A stretch of 64,000 bases of DNA from Raillietiella orientalis (GCA_036172245.1 JAYWIR010000031.1:1612001-1676000); one strand, 5' to 3'. Positions 34,501 to 48,512 are shown, counted from the first letter of the stretch. Translations and numbers: made by a program. Notes: a model not told the origin generated them from the sequence alone.

Positions 34501-35569
34501 GAATAATTTTTTTGTTTATCTTGAGAAACGGAAACATATTGCATACTGAAGGAACTCCTTTGAATTAAGCTCTTCCAAGGAAAGCAACCGCTGTCATCTT
34601 ATGTTACATTTTGCCCTGTCGGATGATGCTTTAATGCATTGGAAGATCAAACAGGAATATCTCAGTTTTCCAGATGTGAGCAGTGATCTTGAATTTTTAA
34701 TGAGGTCAGTATTTTTCAGAGAACGAATTTCCTTCTCTTTTTTTTTTTTTTGCTTTTTTTTTTTTTTTTTTTTTCAATAGGAAACGGAAATTAAACTGAA
34801 TTTTTTGATAGAGGATCCTGAAGCAGGCATCTGCCTGTAGCACTCTAAGAAGAAGCGCGGAGAATCCTTCCTTGGTGACTTTTCGTGGTCTAAACTTAGT
34901 TCGAGTTGGTGTCTGTGTGGAGTGAGGGTGTCGAAACATACCAGAAAACACTACTAGCGCAGCTCAGGAAGGGAGCAAAAAGCGTCTCTCCCTAGAGCAA
35001 ACGAAGGTGGAGACATTCTCAAACGATGCATTTTTCCTTAGGCAGGAAGACGTGGAGGCAGAATGAGACACAGACATCCCTGCAGCCATGGCTCAGAGCA
35101 GACTTATGTGGACTCAGGGTTACAAGATATAAGTTAGGAAGACTAAATTCTCTCAGGAGACCCCTGGAAGCTCAATTCAAAGGAAAAGTACTATCAGTCT
35201 CTCTGTCCTCAGTGGGATTCTGGTCTTTGGGCTGACCTGCAATAACGCAATTGCTCAGCGTTCACCGAGAACCCCGTTCAATATCAAGACCCGCAGGCTC
35301 TTCCAGGTGATGGCGATCCGCTGGATAGTGGTTCATCCTATCGGCTCAGCGTCGAGGATGACAGATGCAGAAGTCGTCCTTCAGATCCCTGTACTGGTGC
35401 TGTGAGCCATGCCCAACTTCTTTCCTGGATCTGAGGAACTGTTTGGTGGATCTTGACTGCAGAGCGTGCGACCGTGAATCCCAGCTAGGATCTGGCCCAC
35501 AAACTACCGTTGAGCAACGAATCTGTCGATTTGTGTGTGTTATTTTTTTGTACCAGGTCATGCCAGGGC

Positions 35570-36505
35570 ATTAATTTAAAAATAAATCAACCACAAGTCA
35601 AGTGCAACAAAAAAAACAAAAGTTCACTGGGGATGACCACCGGCACGCAGTTCAGCTTCTATGCAAGTTCGGAACGGAGGGAGGGGACAACAAATAAACA
35701 CAAAAAAAAGGTGGCAGGGTAAGGAAAGGGGATCTTTGGTTTCAATCGTTCCCTTCTTCCTAAAAGCGGCTATGGATGGTGGCGATCTCCTTGATGACTT
35801 CTGGCACGCGAGACCACCTCGTAGCCGTCCTCATCAAGGCAGCTACCATGCTGGTGGATTCCCTTCGCTGCGAGCGAGGCTCCATTACGGAGCGGACTGC
35901 GGCGGTGGCACGGAGGCAACAGACCGTTGCGATCACAGCGCCCGTCGTCAGCCCTCCTTGTGTGAAGAAATGCCGCAGCATGCCCGAAGCGAGGGGGTCC
36001 TGCAGATGACGGAGAGCCGAAGCGAGTCCCTGCTGCATGTCCCCCAGGTCGCTGCGGTCCAACAGGAGGTGAGGAAACGACCCCACCTCCCCGCACCTTC
36101 AACAGTTGGAGGAGGCAACTCTGCTAGCTGGCTGCAGCGGCAATCCTCAATGCAGGCACAGCAGGACATCCGCTTCCACCGCACAAAGGCACACAGGGAA
36201 GCGGTCCGCACACAGAGAAGGGGCCGCGGGTTCTTCGGGAGACACACCGAGCAGGTCACCCCACCGAGGGAGCCCGGATACGAGCAGTGGCGGCGTTCAA
36301 CCTACTCGCTCGCCGCTGCGTCCAGTTCTGCAGGAGATGTCCCGGCGGCTTGCATAGGAGGTTCTGCAGCAGACGCAGTTCTTCTGAGCACACTTCCACA
36401 GTGGCAACCCAGGACTCCAGTGTCTCCTCCTGCCTCCAGGCGTTCCAGTTTTGAAGGCAACAGAACAGCCACAGGTGAGCTACTAGAAGTGAGGTAAGGT
36501 GCCTC
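35570..36505 (-). mobile_element. 5'-truncated L1/Tx1-like LINE 3' fragment (family A)
   Basis: The minus strand gives a degenerate zf-RVT-like region (LH*GLP..NC*RCGEVGSFPHLLLD) and the C-terminus GAVIATVCCLRA..KEIATIHSRF*, followed by a T-rich 3'UTR. Homologous to 40074-40647/41844-42250, 51130-51370 and 61780-62240. Confidence 0.75.
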
Positions 36506-37479
36506 AGGAGAAAGTTGGATCCCTTCATCGTGTATCGGCAGCGCAGAAGCATCGAGACAACTGGGTAGTCTGTGCTTTTATCCAACTGTAGCGAGGCAGA
36601 GAGGCAACAGAAGAGGTTTCCACTAATACACTCGCCACTGCTGCAGGTCACCAAAGTGGTGTGCCCTGAAGCCAACACTCGGGTGTCCGGGAAAGCTAGA
36701 GATGGTGAAGTAGCTGATGTCGAGAAGCCTGCAAACAAGATAAAGGCCAAAAATGATAATGGAAACCACCTAACGCGCAGCAGCTCTTGGGTGTTCATCC
36801 TAACCCGGAAATCCTTAAGAGAATTCTGGAGTGGCTCTGAGTCTGGAGTGGCTTTGACGCCAGATTGCGGTGGGCCACCAAGAGGAGAAACAACAAAAAC
36901 AAAGTTAAGCCTTCAGCTCGAGAGAACACTCAATGACGAAGCGAACGCGAAGGTGGCATAATTCTCATTACGCCGACCAGCTTCGTGGAATGGGACCACG
37001 CAGCTGCCACCTCTTAAATCCTGAAAGGGTGGTCACTAGAGACAGTTTTAATGGAAGCGACCATCAAAAGCAAAAAAGTCACTCTGAGGGCATGCCACAC
37101 AAACTCAGAGAGACTTTCCGGGAGGAAGGCAAAAGCCGGAATGCGTATCGTATCTCCCCGAGACGGGGAAGATCCTTCCGATAGGAGAGCGATATAAGTG
37201 GGATCTCGGGATCCTTCCGTGGAAAAGAGTCCTGCGACCCAGAACGGTGAGTGGGACAGCACGGAAGCACAGGTCCCCGTTCCACACCCTCATGTTACAC
37301 TCAAGAGTGAAGTGGGCGCCACAGTGCCAATTTTCCAGCAAAAATACCAAGGGAATTATCTCTTCCATCGAATACTCGTGTGGCCTGCTGGAAGGTAATG
37401 GGCTGTGCAAAACTTTTCATTCGGGACGTCTTCCTTGCCTTCCTTCTCTTTTTTTTGTATCCATCCCGCCACACGAGGC

Positions 37480-38720
37480 GAGGTGCAAGATGGATGGCCT
37501 CATGCGGAAAGTGGAGACCTTCCGGAGCACCGGAAGGCCAGAGATTCGCTTCGAAGACCTCGCTGCACCAAGCAGGGACTCCGGAACCGACATTCTAACG
37601 AAGATGAGAGAGATGATGAGGCCACTTCGGCATAGCGGCCTGCTTGCCGGAAATTGGATGCGGCACCGATGCCTTCCTCTGGTAGACGTCCACGGAGTGC
37701 TGTCGGATGAGAAGAGACCGGGCGAAGTGTTTCGGGTTCCCATTGAGGAGGATTGGCCACTCGGACGGAAGAGAACCGGCCGGTTGGTCTCCTGCTGCCC
37801 CGCAAACCGCAGCGCATGGCTGCGGGAGTCGGCGGATCCGCGTCACGAGGACTGACGTCGCCACCAGCCTGGGAGGACGAGCGCCGAAACCACTTGTCCA
37901 TCCTCCCGTCTGCAGCGCTATTCTCCCTACGGTAGAGAAGCGGCAGTTGCCGACCGGTGACAGGGTGCGTGACCTCGTGCTCCTCGGTGCGAGAGCGACC
38001 GAGCTGACGCCGGTGGAAGGCGGGCCGGTGGGCTGACGCGGAGACGCTCGGGCCGGAGGGCCGCTGCTCCGTCGGGCAGACTTCGCCTCGCCATCCTCCC
38101 CTCATCCGTGGATGGCTCCGTGCCCACCCACTCCCGTCGGATGGTAACGAGTGGCTTGCTGCTCGTGCACCCGGCGGCGGCATCGCTGGACGAGGAGGAG
38201 AGGCGCTAGCTGCCGGCAAATGAGGGAAACTTCCGCGCACCTGCTGTCGGGACTGCGGGGGACTTCGGAGCGTGTGGCAACGGACGCCTCGTGGCTGCCC
38301 CACTTCAGCCCGGAGCTGCGCCGAAGGAGTTGCAGCTTTACACGTGACCGTCTTTCGTCTGCTTCCGCGATTGCAACCCTGCATTGTGTCCGGAGGACCG
38401 TGGTGCGCGTGCGAGAGGGGCCCTCCAGTATGTCTCGAAGGCCGTGCTCTGCACCCCGGCAACGGTGGCAAACGTGGCGTGATGGTCTCATATGCAACAA
38501 GCAGTGAAGGAGGATGCCTCCGGCACCTCAATCAGAGAACATAGCGGGAGTAAACTGGGGTCTCTTCCCTCCCCTCCCTTATCTGTTTATGTACTGTTTC
38601 TTCCCCCTTTTCCTCCCTGTCCTTTCGTGCATGAGACCTGGAAGTTGGTGACTGCAAACCCCCTTCATGGACTCTGCGTCTCGTGGGACTGATGCCCTAA
38701 TTTGTTTCTTTGTTCTTCTC
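37480..38720 (+). mobile_element. Decayed LINE 3' fragment (family B-like)
   Basis: RRHRWTR..C..ETSAHLL and AIATLHCVRRTVV match family B (RRHHWTRG..CGRCGEKEAFPHLI, AIAALCCVRGVV). A pyrimidine-rich 3'UTR follows. The left boundary is approximate. Confidence 0.55.
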
Positions 38721-38949
38721 TCTGGGAAACGAGCTCCCGGAGTCACTGAGCGTCGTCGTTGGTTGCAAGGGAAGCTTCAGTGCAACCAACCATAGGGTCA
38801 CGGACTCCTTCCACAATGGAGAAGGAAGCCGTAGGGATCGAGGAACGCTGTACTGGCAGTGTGGCCTTTTTGCCATAACAAGCGCGGTGCAAGCGTACGA
38901 TCCGAGAAGGGAGTTGTACAACCTGTTCCCAAGTGTCCCGAAACTCGTT

Positions 38950-41900
38950 GTCAGCGTTCACGCGCCAAGAGGCCACACTCTATGTTGAGCGCCGGAACTG
39001 GGTTCTACGCCATACTGGAAAAGGAATGACAGATCAACGCAGGCGTGAAGGGTGATCCGATTGATTGGCGACTCGAACATTCTCTCTCTCTCGAATGTAG
39101 AGCAGAGCCAACTCTTCTTGGAGCTCCTGGAGCGCCTCGGACTCATAACACACCTATTTGTCAACCTGCGCTCCTGCTGGGAAACGTGTTGGTGAATTTT
39201 ATTTCAGCGGTTCCTCTCTGTACGGCGTTGCCGTACGCAGGCAGGGCGACAGTTTAAGCCTTTAGCATCTACTTCGGAGTTGGTGCCGGCAGCGTACAGG
39301 CTGACGCTCGCCAACCTGCACGCGCACGCCGTCCATGGCAACCTACGGGGACGACCTGCTTCTCCTGCTGCCCACGTCTACCCGGGCAGCGGAGCTAGAG
39401 GACTTCTTCGAGCTAATCCGCGGGTTGCGGGCGTCAACAGGGAGAAGTACACGGTCGTTCCGGTGGGTACGTCGTGGGAGGAGCAGGCCAACTGGATCCA
39501 CCTGGGGATCCCCACGGGCAGGTACTTCAAGTACCTTGGCGTTCCGTTGGGCGACTCTCCAGAAGAGTATTCGAGCTGCCTTCAGAAGGCAGAGATGTCT
39601 GTCGACCCGTTCCTCGATGGCAAGTACTTCTTGCCGAAGCAGACCTCCATCTAGAACACTTTTGCTGCTGCTCCCTACTCCGCCCCTTATTTTTTCTGTT
39701 TTCCCGGGACGGGTCGCCTCCTGGATGCGCACGACCGGGAGCGCCCGGCACTGCGAAGTTTACCGGCAGAGTGTCCCTGCACCTCCCTTTGCTCGCCTCC
39801 TTATTCGGTGAAGATCCGGGCTCAGTGCCTCCTGTGAAAAGCCTTGTGGGACGCTGCAAGGTCTCGGATCTACCTGAAAGACTCGGTAGAGCCACGCCGG
39901 GATGCCAGCTTGCTCCTCCTGACAATCCACATGATCGGACTGCAGGTGCAGTCGTGGACCTGCCACTAATGTGCTCCGGCACGCCACATCCTCCGGCGAT
40001 GCCCTGGAAGCGCAGGGCTTCTTTTGCTGCTGCCGCGCAACCTACGTAAGGGGGATGAATTCGGCTACCCAGCGAGGCACCTTACCTCACTTCTAGTAGC
40101 TCACCTGTGGCTGTTCTGTTGCCTTCAAAACTGGAACGCCTGGAGGCAGGAGGAGACACTGGAGTCCTGGGTTGCCACTGTGGAAGTGTGCTCAGAAGAA
40201 CTGCGTCTGCTGCAGAACCTCCTATGCAAGCCGCCGGGACATCTCCTGCAGAACTGGACGCAGCGGCGAGCGAGTAGGTTGAACGCCGCCACTGCTCGTA
40301 TCCGGGCTCCCTCGGTGGGGTGACCTGCTCGGTGTGTCTCCCGAAGAACCCGCGGCCCCTTCTCTGTGTGTGGACCGCTTCCCTGTGTGCCTTTGTGCGG
40401 TGGAAGCGGATGTCCTGCTGTGCCTGCATTGAGGATTGCCGCTGCAGCCAGCCAGCAGAGTTGCCTCCTCCAACTGTTGAAGGTGCGGGGAGGTGGGGTC
40501 GTTTCCTCACCTCCTGTTGGACCGCAGCGACCTGGGGGACATGCAGCAGGGACTCGCTTCGGCTCTCCGTCATCTGCAGGACCCCCTCGCTTCGGGCATG
40601 CTGCGGCATTTCTTCACACAAGGAGGGCTGACGACGGGCACCGTGATTTCACACCCGGGTGCGCCGGGGCGTTTATTCTCTTACAGGAATCGATGGAGCT
40701 GATGGCCCATAGATTGCAATTGTTACACTAGAAAGAAAGGGAGGAGCCGGAGAGGTTCACCACGTCCACGAAGGGGAAGATGGATGAAACAAAAATAGAA
40801 AATGAAAACAAACTATAAGAAGCAACAAAACAAACAAAAAAAAAAAACAAAAATTAGTTGGAGGGAAGGCGAGCTCCCCTTTCTCCTTTTCCAGGTGGGG
40901 TGATCTCAAGCCAATCTGGATGCCAGCAAGTGGATGCATGCAGGATAGTCCCACTGCCACTGTGACCTCCCACGGCGCACTGCTCCACGACAACACCGCG
41001 CACGCAGCACAGCGCTGCGATTGCGGCTGCGGGCGTCATGGCGTCCCACAAGAAGAGGGGCCTCAAAGAGTTTCTGGGATCGTGCATGGGTTGAGGAAGG
41101 GACGCAAAGAAACGTTCCCACAGTTCTCGGAGGGCGACACACTGCACTATGAGGTGAGGGAAAGCCTCCTTCTCTCCACACCTGCCACAGTTCGGCGATG
41201 CGCTTCCCCTCGTCCAATGGTGCCGGCGCGCATTGCACGGGAGACCCCAGTGCAGTATCAGCAGCGCCGATTGCTGCCACTTGAGGGAAGCAGCTTCCTG
41301 TCTATAAACACAGGGAGCACTTCCAACTCTTCGGACCGAATGGAGAAGAGTTCGCCCCAACGTTCGAGTCCTTTGGAGGCGGTTCTTGCTGTTGCCGCGT
41401 CAGCCAGCTCCCGCGGTGTCCAGCCACCGAGGGGCTTTCTGCTGGCCGAGATCTCGCAGGAAACCTCCCACTTCGCCGATAGGCAGGTGCCATGCACCTC
41501 GGCAGCGGAGGACACTTCTGTGGCGAAGGGGTGGCTGGTGGGTGGGCCAACATAGTCAGCTCACTACCCACCGCCTCCAGTGTTCTTCCGCTGTTCTTCT
41601 GAAACTCTCGGCAGCGGGTGAATTCCGACGGGGCCCGGGCGAGCTGGGCCCACGTCCTCACTTTCTTCTGCCGCCATGCCGGAGCAAATCCACGCGTTCG
41701 CTTTCAACAGAGCAGCCGCACACCGGAGAGAGAAGCCGCAACATGGGAGTCGGCGGTGGTGACACGCAAACAGGGTTGCGAGTCCTTCGCCACCGACCAC
41801 CAGCCGGGAGAGCAAACGTGCAGGGGCGCACCAATGGGTGGAGCCGTGATAGCAACGGTCTGATGCCTCCGTGCCACCGCCGCAGTCCGCTCCGTAATGG

Positions 41901-42260
41901 AGCCTCGCTCGCAGCGAAGGGAACCCACCAGCATGGTAGCCGCCTTGATGAGGACGGCCACGAGGTGGCCTCGCGTGCCAGAAGTCATCAAGGAGATCGC
42001 CACCATCCACAGCCGCTTTTAGGAAGAAAGGAACGATTGAAACCAAGGACCTCCTGTCCCTACTGTGCCGCCTTTTTTTTTTTGTTATTCATTTGTTGCT
42101 TCCTCCCCTCGTTCCGAAGTCGCATAGAAGCCGACCTGCGTGCCGGTGCGTCCACCGGCACCTAGGCCCCAATTAATTTTTTTTTTCTTTTTCTCTTGGT
42201 ATCTCTTGAATTCAGGGGATGCCGTTCGCCTCTGACTTGTGGTTTATTCTAAAAGTAAAG
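38950..42260 (+). mobile_element. Decayed L1/Tx1-like non-LTR retrotransposon (family A): RT domain to 3'UTR, interrupted by a nested antisense element at 40648-41843
   Basis: Frame-broken RT motifs in order: ELLERLG (~39120), RQGDSLS (~39240), TYGDDLLLL (39340-39370, YADD-type), VNREK and FKYLGVPLG (~39525-39553). These are followed by the zf-RVT-like region and, after the insertion, the C-terminus AVIATV..TIHSRF* (41843-42022). Confidence 0.85.
40648..41843 (-). mobile_element. 5'-truncated LINE (family B) nested antisense in the family A element, with a 7-bp TSD CCGTGAT
   Basis: Intact zf-RVT-type CCHC motif ILHWGLPCNARRHHW..NCGRCGEKEAFPHLIVQC..LWERFF, a T-rich 3'UTR and the terminal AATAAACGCCCCGGCGCACCCGGGTGTGAA. 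CCGTGAT occurs at 40641-40647 and 41844-41850. The uninterrupted site is visible in the 35.9-kb copy. Confidence 0.85.
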
Positions 42261-42639
42261 GTTCCTGTTTCACTAAGTAAAGACCCTACGCAAAGGAAGG
42301 TCACGATGCTCTCCGCACATGCTCGTGGCTCGTGTTGCCTCTAACGAGCGCGGCAGTGCCTCGTAACGGCGCTGCTACCACAGACAGTGGTCTGTGGTAG
42401 CAGCGCCGTTCCGAGGTTCGGGGATTGGAAACCCGGGGGAAGTGATGAGGAGTCTCCTCCTGCTGCCGCCGAGATCCCAACCGTCTGCTTCCTGCGCTGC
42501 ACGGTAGCGGCATTACCATGATGGTACCCTTCTTGAAGAGGATTTTTTTCCAGGGACCTCAGTTCAAAAATAGACCTCCGGATGCGGCAGGACTTGATGT
42601 TCCACCAAGTCGAACAATCCTCTAGGAGGTGCCGTAAAG

Positions 42640-43595
42640 GGAATAGTGAAGGGGGAAGGGAAAGAAGAAACAAGAAGGCGCTACTGCTACTTGAAGAAGG
42701 AAAACAAAATAAACCAGAACGATATCCTCATGGTTGGAGGGGGAGGAGGAGGGTAAGGGGTGGGATCACTGTCCGTTGAGCGGAGTCCTCTGCATCCTAT
42801 GCAGGATGCCGGCAAGCTCCTCCTGATGTCGCTTCGGGTGGGTCCATATGGTCGCGACCCGCAGAAAGAAGTGACCCGGCAGGTCCGGCGTTGTGTGGTC
42901 GTAGTGGGGCCTTGTACCACGTTTAGAGAATTTCAATAAACGCCTCGGCGTACCCGGGTGGCAACATTCGACACACTTCCCTCGGCGCGCCCGTGCCGAT
43001 CATGGAACACCTCCATGGAGATGGTCCTGAAATTCCGATTGCCTGACGCTCCCGTAAGGAAAGAGGGAAGGATGAAACCCCTCCTAGATCCTCTCTCTCT
43101 CTACAAGCGACCAGTGCAGAGTGGCGGTGTTCGGAGCGTGACCTCACAGCAACTCCACTTTGACCCGAGACGCTCCAGAAGCGCTGCTTCGCGCGGTTCT
43201 GGCTTTCGTCCTGCCTTGCCGATCGCCATCTTGAACCGCACCCTTCACGGATTCCTTTCAAAGCAGACCGATGAGGTTCCCCAGAAAGGAGGATCGCAAG
43301 CCTCACGAGGGATGTGACGAAACGGTCTAGGGAAGATGCCCGGGTGAAGGTGGGCGCCCCCTGCATCTCACGCGAGGTTACGGAAGACATGGAGGGGTGC
43401 GATCGGTGAACCCTGTTCCTTCCCTTTTTATTTATTTATTGACTCCTTTCCTACATGCACCCGTAGCCTGCCTGCGAACCGGTGTTTTTCTTACCCCGGA
43501 CTTTCTTTATGGACTTGTGGATTTGCTAATCCACACCGCCTGGTTGTTTTTCTTCGTTCGGAATAGAACACGCCCCGGGAAAACAGGTTGAAAAT
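42640..43595. mobile_element. Cluster of short decayed LINE 3'-end fragments in both orientations
   Basis: 42640-42830 (-) resembles the family B stop/3'UTR region at 63190-63280. The terminal motif occurs on + at 42935-42964 (AATAAACGCCTCGGCGTACCCGGGTG) and in weaker form at 43562-43594. Confidence 0.5.
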
Positions 43596-44497
43596 GGTGC
43601 CGGTGCGCATCGTACGGGAGCCCCTGCTCGCAGAGGACAACGAGTTGGACCTGCCTGGCGTATCGAGCCAGCATCCTGCTCAGGATGAAGAGGAGCCGAG
43701 AGGAACGCAGGTGACCTTCGTTCCTTTACCTCTCTTTCCTCTCCCTGCCCACGCACGCACGCACGCAAGCGCGCACGCATAAAAAAAAAAAAAAGGCTGC
43801 GTATTTTCTTTTGTGTTTATTTGGTTACCTCGTGCCCTCCTTCCCGGGGTGGATCTCGCTGGGAAAACTCCGTTGACTTCCGAGACGGCACATCCAGAAC
43901 CCCTCGGACTTAGGCGGGAAAGAGCGTCCCGTTTGGCGTGATTTTGTTTTCCTGCTTTCGTACGCCCGTGGCTGCTGCAGCATGTGGCGATAGGCGCCTC
44001 GCCATAATCCCGGCGAAGGAAATCGGCTCCTCTTCCTCCGCCTTCATCCGCGGGTCGCATCGGCATGCGCTCTAGAAATGATCGCTTTCAAAGCACAAAA
44101 TGCGGAAGGAGGGCATCTTTTTAAAAAACGCACATAAAAAAAAAATGCCTTTTTATTCCATTTTGTGCGGAAAAAATCCCTTTCAAAGTAGTCGAGATAC
44201 ACAGCAACCGTTCACGCCGCTCTGTGGCTCAGTTGCCGTGTGTGATGCAGGGATGCCACGAATCCGTGATTTTTACGGCCATCATCAGAAGTCTCATTCC
44301 AAACCAATTCCGTTAAGGTTGCGGGTGGATGTCAGGAAAATCAGAAGAATGCACACGCAGAAAGTGAAATGAAACACTCTGATATTTTTTTTCAAAGTAC
44401 TGAAAATAAATTATTCAATGTGAAAGACAATCTGACGTTACTGGCGTCAGAAACAGGCCTACGAAGAACTCATCAGATCAGCTGAGATGGTCAAAAG

Positions 44498-44801
44498 ATG
44501 GAATATGTGGGTAAGGCGATACAGTTTGCGCAAATTCCGAAATTGGCGAAAACGAAGAAGAAAAACCAAAAGCTTTACTTATTCGGAAGTGCCAAATACA
44601 GCCAAAGATATTGTGGGGGTGAGTAGGCAGTGAGTTGTGTGCATGGTGGGTGGGGAGCAGTGGAATGTCGTAGCGTTCACGTCTCATCAGGAGCATGGTT
44701 TATTGAAGTTTAAAAACAGCAAACTGATTTTCAGCAAAAACACAATGATGGATGATGAACTCATCAAATTCGACAACGTATCACAAGAGAGTAATGAATA
44801 A
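44498..44801 (+). CDS. Possible small two-exon ORF (82 aa) or the terminal exons of an unknown gene
   Basis: Exon 44498-44618 ends at GTGAGT; after a 55-nt intron, exon 44674-44801 continues in frame (MEYVGKAIQF..YCG/AFTSHQEHGLLKF..SNE*). AATAAA overlaps the stop. No recognisable homology, and the polypyrimidine tract is weak. Confidence 0.2.
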
Positions 44802-45829
44802 AATGCAATTTTCTTAGGCTTGACGCAAAGCCAGAAAATTGTTATGTTTTTATAGAATTGTTTTTTATTTAAAAATGACAAACAAAAGTGGAAACACAAA
44901 CTAACTTAAGACGCTGTGTTTTCGTAGATAATTTTATCATATTTTAGCGAGTTTAACTGCTCTCACCGTTTGGCAAATTATTGGTGAAATATTCATCAAG
45001 CACAATGTTTATGGAAATAATAATACGGTGTTCTCTTTATTTTTCCCATTCGAAAGATACACATTAAACAATTATCATAACTAAATAAACATTAAAAAAC
45101 GTGATCTTCGTAGCGTCATTCTCTCACACACGCAATAAGGATTTGATACATCACTTGTAAGGGTTGCCAAATTCAACTAAAGCTCTCGCTGGTGACGGTT
45201 CTTGGTTAAATTGCACCGTTTCTCGCAAACTGTACATAGGTAGAATCAAAAAATATCATTCTTCCTATTTTGCATGCAATTAACCACAAACTTGAAAAAA
45301 TTGAGCTATCCATCGCGATTAATAATCATCCTTAAAAGGTAGCAAATCAGTTGAATAATGATGAAAATATTCCAAATCTTCATTTACCCCCAGAATTTGT
45401 CAAACCACACCCAACAAGTGAAACCAGTTGCAAAGTTGGACTACATGACAAGTTTATTTGCGTGCCAGAAAAATGTGTTTCTTAGACAAAACTAAAAAGC
45501 ACCATTCATTGGGTGTTGATATGTTCTTCACCTACTGAATTCACAGTGCTGGTGATAAGAATCAATATAGTTTGGCAGGCTATCAAGCCATCAAAGATAC
45601 TGCAATTAGCCTGTTTAAGAGAGTAATTTTTTTTTCTTCAAAAGTACACCCGTGGATGCGTACTTAGAATTGGCGGAAAACGTGTATATACGTCAAACGT
45701 GCAGCAAATGCAGCAAATTGCTGATTTCAATGGAAAAAAAAGGAAAAAAAAAATATTCATAAAAATTTCGCCATTGTACAGAAAATAAAAAAATTCGTAC
45801 ATGAGAAAAATAAAAAAAAACTCTTAAGA

Positions 45830-46920
<1,091 letters not shown>

Positions 46921-47837
46921 AAAAAACAACTAAAACTACGTTTGTATCTTACATAGATCGCTTTTTGCCATGACGAATCACTTGAAACCTTAATTGAGGA
47001 GAACTATGATTCTCCTTAATCAGAGCTTCAATTATGTAATAAGTATGTAAACAAAACCCAGTATGTAAAAAGAAAAAGAAAGAATTTTTAAAGTGCTGCA
47101 AGACTTCAAAAATGGTTTGCTAAAACATGAACATTCCACATTGCACATTGCACAGCCAATCGGAAGATAAGTGAAATACACAAAGAAATGAGACTGTTTC
47201 AACTTTTTTGTTTTTTACTAAAATTCCGTATTTCGATAGCGAGGCGTAAGTTTTTCCTTTTCCATACGTCAGAGGCACCACGGCGGCGCCTCAGCAAAGC
47301 ATAGGCGTACGTCAAACTCTCTTTAATAGGCGCAACCATTGCGCCATCCAACTGTGTGTGGGCACTGCCAAAGAGCAGGAAAACAACCGCCCTTTTCAAG
47401 CCCACGCGGAAAAATTAGGCGGATGCACGAGAGGAAATTTCGATTCATGCTTGAAAACGAAAAGCAGAATACCCGGCCTTGATCAAAGTCGAATTTTCGG
47501 CTTCTAATAGTGGAATTGAATGAAAAACAGAGGCTTCTCTTGATGATAACTACCTCAGCGATCTCGTCTACTTCTTCCTCCTCCCCCTTCTGAGCTTCTT
47601 TGCCCATTACCGAGAGGAGCGCAGAAGAACATTCAGCTGTTCCTCTAAACGAGAAGAACGTAAACATAAGCGAAGGAATCCCTTTCGGGATCAGCCAAGC
47701 GTCTGGAAAGGAAATCTAATCACTAATTCTGTTTACTTATTTCCTAAAAATAGAATTCATGAGCACCAAGTTTACCTGCTAACTTAATTTTGCCAAGATG
47801 AGTCTGAGGGTGTACATAGTAATCTTAGCAGAATCAC

Positions 47838-48470
47838 TGGTTGGCCGAAACATTCGGGCGTGGCACCGGTGGTGGTTTAAGGCGGAGACCCCCGATGAAG
47901 GCCCGAACAATGGGAGTCGACCTTCGGGTCTTTCCAGGAATCAAGGAGTGGGTGTTCCTCCTCCGGTCGTACAGCGGAGAGCGGACCCCACACACCGGGG
48001 GGATCCCCCCGGTTTCAAGATGGAGCAGGAGCCTTCACAGGCACCTCTCCAGTTGTTTAAAGGAGCGGCCCCAATCTGTTGCGCCTCTCCAGAAGAGTGC
48101 AAGGAAGCAAGCGAGAGCGATCCCCCTGCGGGAAGCTGCAGCACCCCTTCTGAATTTCGGAAGCGTCCCTTCGGGGTTCTCTTCAGAGAAGTGAACAAGA
48201 GCGGTTCCTTTCCTGGTTCCTTTCGAAGAAGATGAAATGGAGAGGATCACCCCCCTTCTCGGGGGTCCCTCCGGAGAGGATGAGGAAGGAGATTCCCTTC
48301 GGAGACAACCAGGGCGGAGATGCGTTCCTCTCCCCTTTCCCGGGGGGTTTTCTCCCCAGGAGTGAGAGGAACAGACCCCGAACCCTTCCTGGATTCATAG
48401 GGCGAACCTTTTCCGGGGTACCCCCTATCTTGAAGAACACGCATCCTCCGTGGGTGGCGTGGAACAGTAT
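47838..48470 (+). mobile_element. Family C SINE-like repeat, copy 2 (lacks the tRNA head and the last ~60 nt)
   Basis: Shares ACAATGGGAGTCGACCTTCGGGTCTTTC and CCCCGAACCCTTCCTGGATTCATAGGGCGAACCTTTTCCGGGGTACCCCCTATCTTGAA with copy 1. Confidence 0.8.
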
Positions 48471-48512
48471 TAAACGAAGCATTCGTAGTAGTACGAATGC
48501 TTCGTTTAATAC
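48467..48512. repeat. Perfect 21-bp inverted repeat with a 4-nt loop
   Basis: GTATTAAACGAAGCATTCGTA-gtag-TACGAATGCTTCGTTTAATAC. Confidence 0.95.

Noticed and set aside
35661..36497. 278-aa ORF on +, repeated at 40082-40621, 41564-42046 and 62036-62518
   Set aside because: It is the antisense frame of LINE ORF2 fragments, and the recurrence reflects the repeat, not a gene family.
47199..47667. Exon-like segments on the minus strand (MGKEAQKGEEEEVDEIAE|GT..)
   Set aside because: The candidate splice junctions give in-frame stops, so there is no coherent gene model.
48145..48192. Antisense CUGAAGA..GAAA-UUC hammerhead-like pattern in SINE copies
   Set aside because: There is no room for stem III. 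The pattern is explained by the long CTGAA/TTCAG hairpin.
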